Positions 18,200 to 25,563 of a stretch of 35,693 nt of DNA are shown one piece after another. This DNA comes from Pseudobacteriovorax sp. (GTDB taxonomy: Bacteria > Bdellovibrionota_B > Oligoflexia > Oligoflexales > Oligoflexaceae), in NCBI GenBank assembly GCA_050293845.1, contig JBNKNM010000038.1, forward strand, positions 1-35,693. The letters are read 5' to 3'. The translations under genes and the position numbers were made by a program. Position 1 is the first letter of the stretch. Every line of letters begins with the position of its first letter. The notes under the pieces were generated by a model. The model made no database searches, was not told where the DNA came from, and saw only the letters and a list, made by a program, of their open reading frames with translations.

Positions 18200-19279
18200 T
18201 TAAACAGCCTCCATGACCATGGATATATTACTGCCACCAAAACCAAATGAATTTTTGAGGATTTTGGGTTTCTTAGAAGAAGTTCTATACTTTACCAAAC
18301 GGGAAACAATACTAATTTCCAAAGCGCCAGAACCTGCAAGTGTATGACCTAACCAAGTTTTAAGCGATTCACGGAAGGTTGTTTCGGGGAAAAGCCTTGC
18401 CATGGCTGCTTCTTCATTATGATCATTACTAAAAGTACCCGTACCATGACAGCTTATGTAGTCGATTTCCTCAGGTGTCAGCTGGGCTTTTTGAAGGGCA
18501 TGATGCATCGTTTTCCACATAACTTCACCACCAGGGCGAGGGTTTGTCATATGATACGCTTCGCTCAGAATTTCATGACCTAATAGCTTGAGTTGCGGGC
18601 TGGTGTTTGGGTCATGTTCGATTAACATTAAAGCCCCACCATCCGCCAGGCTAATACCATTATTGCTATTTGTAAATGGCTGGCATTTTTCTTTGGCGAG
18701 TACTTGTAGCGCATCGAATCCTTTCACTGTATTTTCAGTGAGAAGATCAAGGCCGCCAGCAACACAGGCATCAATAATACCGTGTCTCACTAAGTTAAAC
18801 CCGTGGGCCAATGCTATTGCTGAGGAAGAACATGAAGTCACAATATTACCAAAGGGGCCTCGAATAGGAAATTTTTCTCTTATGTAGTGCATAGGCCATT
18901 CCAACTGGGCATTATACCCAAGAAATTCAATGGGATGCTTTCCCTGTTGATTTGCTTTAAGAACGGCATCATGAAAGCCATTGACCCCAAATGTAGTGGT
19001 ACCTATGAAAAAACCTATACGTTTTGGTTTATGGTGCTTAAATAAGCCAGTTTGATCATTCAGCTCTTCTACCATATGCGATAAAATCTTTTTTATCGAG
19101 CTTTCAAAAGACTCCGCTGATATACCCGCATCACCCAAAGGGTATGGGCATAGGTCCTGAAACCTATGCTGGGAAGATAAACCGTCTCGTTGAGCTAGAA
19201 TCTTTGACACCACGCTATGTTCGTTTTTCCCCAAACAGGAAAATATGCTCGAACCGGTTATATAAGCCGGTTTTATCAT
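18200..19279 (-). CDS. Beta-ketoacyl-ACP synthase (ApeO-like), compact
   Basis: GTTTFG, TSCSSSA (Cys), GFDALQ, HGTGT, LGHTLAGSG and NSFGFGG motifs. Confidence 0.88.
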   Translation of the reverse strand: MIKPAYITGSSIFSCLGKNEHSVVSKILAQRDGLSSQHRFQDLCPYPLGDAGISAESFESSIKKILSHMVEELNDQTGLFKHHKPKRIGFFIGTTTFGVNGFHDAVLKANQQGKHPIEFLGYNAQLEWPMHYIREKFPIRGPFGNIVTSCSSSAIALAHGFNLVRHGIIDACVAGGLDLLTENTVKGFDALQVLAKEKCQPFTNSNNGISLADGGALMLIEHDPNTSPQLKLLGHEILSEAYHMTNPRPGGEVMWKTMHHALQKAQLTPEEIDYISCHGTGTFSNDHNEEAAMARLFPETTFRESLKTWLGHTLAGSGALEISIVSRLVKYRTSSKKPKILKNSFGFGGSNISMVMEAV

Positions 19280-19530
19280 GCCACTGTTGCCTTTTCAATG
19301 GCATCCGCTATGGTATTGATGCTCTGTAAAATTTGACGACCTTGTTCATCATTCTCGACTTTAAGGTTGTACTTTTTGTCTAAATGAACAACCAGTTCCA
19401 AAAGGTCAATAGAGTCTAGGCCAATATCATCACCAAATAACGAGGAATCGTCCTGTATTTCATTCATGGTGAGGTGGTCCAAATTTGCAACTTTAATTAG
19501 CATTTGTTTTAGATCGTCTCGTAATGCCAA
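19276..19530 (-). CDS. Acyl carrier protein (ApeE-like)
   Basis: LFGDDIGLDSIDLLEL; TTG start after GAGG. Confidence 0.92.
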   Translation of the reverse strand: MALRDDLKQMLIKVANLDHLTMNEIQDDSSLFGDDIGLDSIDLLELVVHLDKKYNLKVENDEQGRQILQSINTIADAIEKATVA

Positions 19531-19540
19531 CTTTTACCTC

Positions 19541-20800
19541 TCATTTATATAATATTTTAGTGATTTCCGGGTTTATGCTTAATCGACTGTTTAAGGTTGC
19601 CTGGATCATTCCATTTTCAGTCTGCAGGTCTCCTGCCAAAATAGATGTTACCTGTCGCATGCGTTCTCTCAGGGGAATACTTTTAAATTGACCTGGTGAC
19701 AGAAATAACTTTTCGACAATATTCCGTTGGTAAAACATTTTAACAAAGCGGTAATAGATGAGAAACTCCTTCCGGTATGCAGCCTCATAACTTTCAAGGT
19801 TTTCGGCTGTAGGCTGCAAGTTCTCTTTAAAAATCTTTAAAAGATTATCTGCAGCCATTTTAGCGCTTTTGAAGCCCAACAGGACCCCAGAACTAAATAC
19901 AGGATCAATGAATCCCGCGCTATCACCTATTAGCATTTCGCGATCAAAAACAAGCTTTCTGGGAACCCTTTGGAAGTTGTATCGAGCTTCAAAGGCGCGG
20001 ATTTGCTGGCCTTCATTGATAAGAGCTTGAATACGTGGGTTCTTTGACAACAAGTCATCTATTAATTGGCTAGTTTTTCTCCTTTGAGTGAGCTGCGCCT
20101 TCAATTTTTGAGAACTGAGGACGAAGCCTATTGAAAGGGTTTCCTTGTCGATGGGAATCGCCCAAGCCCATTGAGGGGTAGTAGAATCTTCTTCATAAAA
20201 GAGGTTAACTAATATGCAACCGTTAAGAGCACTATGAGTGGGAACCTTATAGTATCCAAATATTGCAGAAGTTTGATCCTCTTCTAAATTGCTTATATAG
20301 TTTCCAGGTCTCACTTTTTGGTAACCGATTCCAGTGGCGTGAAGCACGATTTTTGCTTTAAACTGCTGGTTTATTAACGCATAGTGATCAAAGACTTTAA
20401 CATGATGGACCGCTTCAGGCTGGCGAATATGTACGCCAAAATCGCGTGCATGATCAAGCATAATCTTGTCAAAGCAACTACGAGAGACATTGTAAGAGTA
20501 TTTATATAAGGGATTTAAAGCATCCTTAAAATAAAAGCAGTGAGATTTATGAGTTTTTTCTGAATGAAAGATGGCTCCGGGCTTCCTCACAAAGCCAGAC
20601 TTTTCGATGCGATCCAGAACACCAATCTCGGATAAATAGTTCAAGCTTTCCGGTAGAAAACTTTCCCCAATTTGGTGTCGGGGAAACTGGGCTCGTTCAA
20701 ATAGAATAATATTTTTTATACCATTTTGTGCCAGATAGCTGGCAGCATAACTCGCGGAAGGCCCACCTCCCACAATTGCTACATCATGTACTAGAGTCAT
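19541..20800 (-). CDS. Flavin-dependent halogenase-family oxidoreductase
   Basis: VAIVGGGPSA (FAD), FPRHQIGES, GFVRKPGA (Lys at the usual catalytic position), WAWAIP (WxWxIP) and GDSAGFIDPVFSSG. Confidence 0.82.
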   Translation of the reverse strand: MTLVHDVAIVGGGPSASYAASYLAQNGIKNIILFERAQFPRHQIGESFLPESLNYLSEIGVLDRIEKSGFVRKPGAIFHSEKTHKSHCFYFKDALNPLYKYSYNVSRSCFDKIMLDHARDFGVHIRQPEAVHHVKVFDHYALINQQFKAKIVLHATGIGYQKVRPGNYISNLEEDQTSAIFGYYKVPTHSALNGCILVNLFYEEDSTTPQWAWAIPIDKETLSIGFVLSSQKLKAQLTQRRKTSQLIDDLLSKNPRIQALINEGQQIRAFEARYNFQRVPRKLVFDREMLIGDSAGFIDPVFSSGVLLGFKSAKMAADNLLKIFKENLQPTAENLESYEAAYRKEFLIYYRFVKMFYQRNIVEKLFLSPGQFKSIPLRERMRQVTSILAGDLQTENGMIQATLNSRLSINPEITKILYK

Positions 20801-20811
20801 TCTTCATAACT

Positions 20812-21201
20812 TTAATTATCATATTCCAGTAATCTTTTCTTGATAGAGGCGACTAGGCGATCTACCCACATGTGGTATTTTTTGTGGATATTGAAACCGT
20901 CATATCTCATGCCCTCACTATCCAAATAATAGACTTCAAGTTTGGCCTCTGAGTAAGAAACTCTTACCCTAACCTGATGTCTTCTCACCCTAAGGTTAAG
21001 GATGGCCTTGCCATCACCCATCTTTTCTACGTTCCACTTTTTGTCGGCTGCACTGTGTTGGATGGCCTTTTCAATTTGTTCAGTAGGGTAGTCTCGATAC
21101 AGGGAGAAGGACATGGGGTTCATAATAGGAGTGGTAGTAAAACAAGAAGTTAGGAATAAAAAGATAACAATAAAAATAATTTTAAGTTTCGTAGTCTGCA
21201 T
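20812..21201 (-). CDS. Hypothetical lipoprotein, first gene of the operon
   Basis: Hydrophobic signal with LTSC lipobox; C-terminal YLDSEGMRYDG..IHKKYHMWV..L pattern. Confidence 0.75.
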   Translation of the reverse strand: MQTTKLKIIFIVIFLFLTSCFTTTPIMNPMSFSLYRDYPTEQIEKAIQHSAADKKWNVEKMGDGKAILNLRVRRHQVRVRVSYSEAKLEVYYLDSEGMRYDGFNIHKKYHMWVDRLVASIKKRLLEYDN

Positions 21202-21244
21202 TCCGTGTACTTTCCATGTCGTTAAAGGTGCAGCAACCGGCCCA

Positions 21245-21274
21245 ACTCTAAAACTTTATTACTTAGTATGTCAA
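21245..21274 (-). promoter_or_regulatory. Putative sigma70 promoter of the APE operon
   Basis: Minus strand TTGACA (21274-21269), N18, TAGAGT (21250-21245), 44 nt upstream of the first start. Confidence 0.55.
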
Positions 21275-21510
21275 CGAATAAAGGCACCTTGAGGTCATGA
21301 TGCTGGCTTCGCCCATCCAAACTATTCCGTGTCCCGCTAGAAAAAGTTATAAATCTCAGCTGTGAGTTATTATTGCTTGCAGATACTCGATTGACATTTG
21401 CTGGAACAGCGCTTTGATATGCAGTTTTCCTAGGACAATGGCAAGCAGCCGGCCCTGAGTCCGTCATATGTTACTAGCGCCCAGGAGCGCTCAGGTACTC
21501 ATTTTCTGGC

Positions 21511-22404
21511 CTAATAGTACCAAGGGAATTGACTGAAATCTTGCTCACGCTTTTCAACAAATGATTCGCGTCCTTCAGCAGCCTCATCTGTTCCATACGC
21601 TAATCGCGTGGCTTCGCCAGCAAATAATTGCTGGCCGACCAGACCATCATCGATTTGGTTGAAAGCATACTTAAGCATTCTCATGGCTGTGGGGCTTTTG
21701 TTGTTCATGATTTTTGCCCACTCCAGAGCTTCCTTTTCCAAATCTTTATGGTCTACTACATTATTGACCATGCCCATATTGTAGGCTTCTTCGGCAGAGT
21801 AATTAGCACCTAGGAAGAAAATTTCACGGGCTCTTTTTTGACCAATTTGACGCGCTAGATAGGCTGAGCCGTACCCTCCGTCGAAGCTGGCTACATCAGG
21901 ATCTGTTTGCTTAAAAATTGCATGCTCCCGGGATGCTAGCGTCAAATCACAAATAACATGAAGGCTGTGCCCTCCCCCTACAGCCCAACCGGGAACCACA
22001 GCCATGACAATTTTAGGCATAAAGCGAATAAGCCTTTGCACTTCTAAAATGTGGAGCCGGCCCAGTTTAGCACGATCAATATTGCCGGAGTTATTCTCAT
22101 ATTGATAACCATATTTACCTCTAATACGTTGATCTCCCCCGGCACAGAATGCCCAGCCGCCATCTTTGGGAGATGGTCCATTACCAGTAATCAACACAAC
22201 GCCAACATCGCTTGAGATACGAGCATGCTCTAAGGCGGTATATAGCTCATCAACGGTATGCGGGCGGAATGCATTGCGCACTTCAGGCCTGTTGAAGGCA
22301 ATTCTGACGGTTCCTTGATCTAACGCGCGATGGTAAGTTATGTCAGTGAAGTTAAAGCCTTCTACTGCCGTCCAGCATTCTTTATCAAAAATAGGAGAAA
22401 TCAT
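21511..22404 (-). CDS. menB: 1,4-dihydroxy-2-naphthoyl-CoA synthase
   Basis: FNRPEVRNAFRPHTVDEL, AFCAGGDQRIRG, LHILEVQRLIRFMPK, GGGHSLH, SFDGGYGS and GQQLFAGEAT motifs. Confidence 0.96.
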   Translation of the reverse strand: MISPIFDKECWTAVEGFNFTDITYHRALDQGTVRIAFNRPEVRNAFRPHTVDELYTALEHARISSDVGVVLITGNGPSPKDGGWAFCAGGDQRIRGKYGYQYENNSGNIDRAKLGRLHILEVQRLIRFMPKIVMAVVPGWAVGGGHSLHVICDLTLASREHAIFKQTDPDVASFDGGYGSAYLARQIGQKRAREIFFLGANYSAEEAYNMGMVNNVVDHKDLEKEALEWAKIMNNKSPTAMRMLKYAFNQIDDGLVGQQLFAGEATRLAYGTDEAAEGRESFVEKREQDFSQFPWYY

Positions 22405-22702
22405 TTGCTATCCTTAATGATATGAATTTGATTCGTAGCAATACTGCTGGATTGTTTTTATCTACCTTAGGGTAAATTCGTCAAGAGTCTTAGCTGGCGT
22501 CATTTGGTTATATTTGCCGGCGTTAATAGTCATTGGCGGGAAGATTTGCGAGTTCATGCTTTGCTCCGGAAACTCTTGCCCGTACCACCGCGACTCTCAT
22601 CTTAATCAAGGTGCTAGGTAAAAAGTACCGGAGTTAACTACTCAATATGGACTTTATTTGCTGATCTTATGCTGCATCAGTTAAAATCGGGTCCGGGCTA
22701 TA

Positions 22703-23038
22703 TTAATCCTCTTCGCTTTCATCGCTTTTTGCCTCTGGTACAGCTTTATGACGTTTGGCAAGCAGCTTGTTTTTATGTTTATTAAGGTCTCGGCTTAGTT
22801 TATCCGCAATCAGGTCTACCGACTTGTACAAGTCGTCGTCACCGTGTTCAAGTTCAATGATGTGCCCATCATTGAGATGTGCAGATATGTGGATAGATTG
22901 AAACTTTTTATTAGTTGAAAATGTGACATGACAAGAAGTCGGGGTTTGTTCAAACTTACTAAAAATCTCTTCCAACGACGTCCTTGCTGCATTTTCTAAC
23001 GCTTCCGAACGCTCCATATGCTTAAAAGCAAATACCAT
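22703..23038 (-). CDS. hpf: Ribosome hibernation promoting factor (short HPF/RaiA family)
   Basis: FKHMERSEAL and DDLYKSVDLIADKLSRDLNKHK motifs; GGGAG SD. Confidence 0.88.
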   Translation of the reverse strand: MVFAFKHMERSEALENAARTSLEEIFSKFEQTPTSCHVTFSTNKKFQSIHISAHLNDGHIIELEHGDDDLYKSVDLIADKLSRDLNKHKNKLLAKRHKAVPEAKSDESEED

Positions 23039-23346
23039 GTGTAGGCTCCCTTTTTCTTGTACGTAAAATTGCCGTAATCCGCGGCACTATAATTTACCAG
23101 ATCTGAGGAAATTCGCCACCTGGAAAACCATGATCGGGCAAGTGCGGTGGTATTAACCATCAAGCTTGGTCACCTACAAAGAATCAGTTTAAGAGGGCGT
23201 TGGAGTATCGAGGACATTCCTTACTGGATTCCGATAGGAAGGAGCCTCCCTTAATGAGAAAGATTTTTAACTAGTGCAGATTAGGGGGGATATTCGGGTT
23301 AAAGTAGGATAGGAGTTCAATATTTGAGTTGTAGAAAGGAGTTTCT

Positions 23347-24033
23347 ATGAAAACATTGGGGCTGTTAGGGGGACTGTCATGGTACTCTTCTTTGGAATAT
23401 TATCGCCGCATAAATGAAGGGATTAATTTTGCACTGGAGAACCAAAGCTCGCCGAAACTGATTCTGAATAGTTTAGATTTTCAATTTGTTACTGAGTTAT
23501 TTAAAACACAAGAAAAGGCAAGAGTTTTCATTTCTAATGAATCAAAACGCCTCGAGGATATTGGCTGTGATGGAATTTTGCTAGCAAGTAATACTGTTCA
23601 TTTTTGTTACGAAGCTGTTTGTGAAAAGGTCAATGTACCGGTCCTACATATTGCTGATGCCGTAGGTCAAGCACTTGAGCGTCAAGGTGTAAGTTGTACG
23701 GCTTTGTTAGGAACTAGATTTACGATGAATCTCAATTTTTATAAGGTTTGGCTTAAGAAAAAATATAACATTGAAACTAAAACCCCCAAAGGACAGCATC
23801 GCATAGATGTGAATCGAATCATTTACGACGAGCTGGTATTAGGTGATATTCGCGCCTCCTCTCGAGAGCGATATGTGGATATTATTAACACCATGGCCAG
23901 CGAAGGGAGCGAAGCCGTTATTTTGGGGTGTACGGAGATCCCACTGCTGATTAAAGCCCAGGATGTGGATATTCCTGTGATTGACTCTACAAAGGAGCAT
24001 TGTAATATGGCAATAAACTGGTTGTTGAAATAA
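23347..24033 (+). CDS. Aspartate/glutamate racemase family protein (YgeA/RacX-like)
   Basis: MKTLGLLGGLSWYSSLEYYRRIN, SNTVH, LLGTRFTM, IIYDEL and ILGCTEIP; AAGGAG SD. Confidence 0.92.
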   Translation: MKTLGLLGGLSWYSSLEYYRRINEGINFALENQSSPKLILNSLDFQFVTELFKTQEKARVFISNESKRLEDIGCDGILLASNTVHFCYEAVCEKVNVPVLHIADAVGQALERQGVSCTALLGTRFTMNLNFYKVWLKKKYNIETKTPKGQHRIDVNRIIYDELVLGDIRASSRERYVDIINTMASEGSEAVILGCTEIPLLIKAQDVDIPVIDSTKEHCNMAINWLLK

Positions 24034-24151
24034 TATAGCCCGAATCGGAAAAATTTACAAAATATCCGATAAATAATTTTTCGGATCCAGGATACCGCCT
24101 CACTTAGGATTCTTAACATAAGGAGTAAGAGATTGTAACTTATTAATATTT

Positions 24152-24739
24152 CTAGTTTAATTTTGGAAGAAAGCGCCCCGTCACTTGTAAATAGTCTGTG
24201 TATCCTTTAAATTTTTTAGAAAGAATACCTTCCTCTAAGATACAGGTTCTTCTATAAATAACTAGCAAAGCTATAAAAATGGGAAGCATCAATATTGATC
24301 CACTAATCAGAAGAGCAGAAAATATCATGGTAAGGTTTGCAGTATAAATTGGATGGCGAATATATTTATAAATTCCTTCTTTGACAAATTCTTTTGGAAC
24401 ATATGAATTAAAGCATGGAGTATAGGATTCCCCAAGCTCAAGTTTTGCAATCACAAAGATTATGAGCCCCACAACCAGAACAAAAACGCCTGATAGTTGG
24501 ATCAAATGATTTCCCTCGTGAAACTTAACCAAGAAAAAAGAGTTGCTGAGAATACCTCCAATTGTTATAATTCCACTAAACAATTTAGCTATATTGATAA
24601 TCAATTTCGAGCCTGGAATCGCAGATATCTTTTCTTTTTTTCCTTTAAAATACTTTTCGTTATTATCTGAGCTATACATAGCCGACGAAATAACTGTTGA
24701 AATGACTACCATACATATCAAGAAAACGTTAAATTTCAT
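24152..24739 (-). CDS. Isoprenylcysteine carboxyl methyltransferase (ICMT/Ste14/PEMT)-family membrane methyltransferase
   Basis: Multiple TMs, GIYKYIRHPIY and EE..L..KF..Y.DY...TGRFLP. Start set at ATG 24739, overlapping the upstream gene by 11 nt. Confidence 0.88.
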   Translation of the reverse strand: MKFNVFLICMVVISTVISSAMYSSDNNEKYFKGKKEKISAIPGSKLIINIAKLFSGIITIGGILSNSFFLVKFHEGNHLIQLSGVFVLVVGLIIFVIAKLELGESYTPCFNSYVPKEFVKEGIYKYIRHPIYTANLTMIFSALLISGSILMLPIFIALLVIYRRTCILEEGILSKKFKGYTDYLQVTGRFLPKLN

Positions 24740-25346
24740 TTTTATTCCCTTTTTTTGGAGTCCCAATACCTTTGATTTTCTTCATTAATAATTTTTTGTA
24801 ATCAGTAATTGTAACTACAAACACGGCTCTTAAATAGAACAATAGTAAAAATCTACGTGGTGAGTAGTAGATACTGCAATTCTTGTTTTTGATAAAACTT
24901 GAACCTTCACCATTATAATAGGCAAATGGCAAAGCTAACCTTTGGATATATGCTACCTTTTTATTGTGTGACCCTCCAAGAATAATTTTCGCGTTTGTTT
25001 TTTTTAATGGAAGCATCACCGAATCTCGATAGATCGAGAGTCGCTGCCAGTGGTCAATTTTATTTCTATTCATCCAAATACAAGTAATTTCGCAAATATT
25101 TTTCTCGGGATATCCTATTTTTTTTATAACCTCTTGCCTTTTATTTTCTGGTATCCATTGAAAATATCGAATATTCTTTTCTTTATTAATGACAAAGCCT
25201 GCAACCATAATATCATCAATGTAATATGCTATTACGAGAGCTTCACTCAGGTAATCATTTGAGACATAATTTCCAGAAAGAGTGGTGAAGTTACGACTAA
25301 ATTCAGTGAGGTCTTTCTCATTACTAATATACCTTGAAACAATCAT
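24729..25346 (-). CDS. Hypothetical protein with possible GNAT/LuxI/FeeM-like acyltransferase fold
   Basis: 205 aa with GGAG SD; beta-hairpin LVIAYYIDDIMVAGFVI and strand ICEITCIWM resemble the E(I/L)xR/x strand of acyl-ACP-dependent synthases. The fold call is pattern-based only. Confidence 0.5.
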   Translation of the reverse strand: MIVSRYISNEKDLTEFSRNFTTLSGNYVSNDYLSEALVIAYYIDDIMVAGFVINKEKNIRYFQWIPENKRQEVIKKIGYPEKNICEITCIWMNRNKIDHWQRLSIYRDSVMLPLKKTNAKIILGGSHNKKVAYIQRLALPFAYYNGEGSSFIKNKNCSIYYSPRRFLLLFYLRAVFVVTITDYKKLLMKKIKGIGTPKKGNKNEI

Positions 25347-25375
25347 TCATCAATCTCCAAATTTTTCTCATTTAA

Positions 25376-25392
25376 TTCAATATATATGCCAA
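25376..25392 (-). promoter_or_regulatory. Putative sigma54 (-24/-12) promoter for the 25346/24739 operon
   Basis: Minus strand TTGGCATATATATTGAA = GG-N10-GA against consensus TGGCAC-N5-TTGC, 30 nt upstream of the ATG. Confidence 0.6.
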
Positions 25393-25563
25393 GATATATC
25401 TTCCTATAATTTATGAAAGTTAGTTGATTTAAACGAAAAACTGTGATCATTTTTTATTCGAATTGCACTAAGCTTATTGATGATATATCCTTTTAAATTA
25501 TTAGAATTATAAATAAAATGATATTATGACAAATGAACAATTACTTTACATGGTGCTGATTAT

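Larger units (their letters stand above)
5335..21201 (-). other. Aryl polyene (APE)-type biosynthetic gene cluster, 18 co-oriented genes
   Basis: Two KS, CLF, two ACP, two hotdog dehydratases, KR, acyl-ACP synthetase, GT2-acyltransferase, thioesterase, LolA-like, MMPL-like and DUF3261-like genes match the ApeC-ApeR gene set. Most genes overlap or abut. Confidence 0.9.

Noticed and set aside
21222..21467. 81 aa ORF between menB and the APE operon
   Set aside because: No clear SD or recognisable motif, and it runs over the candidate operon promoter; probably spurious.
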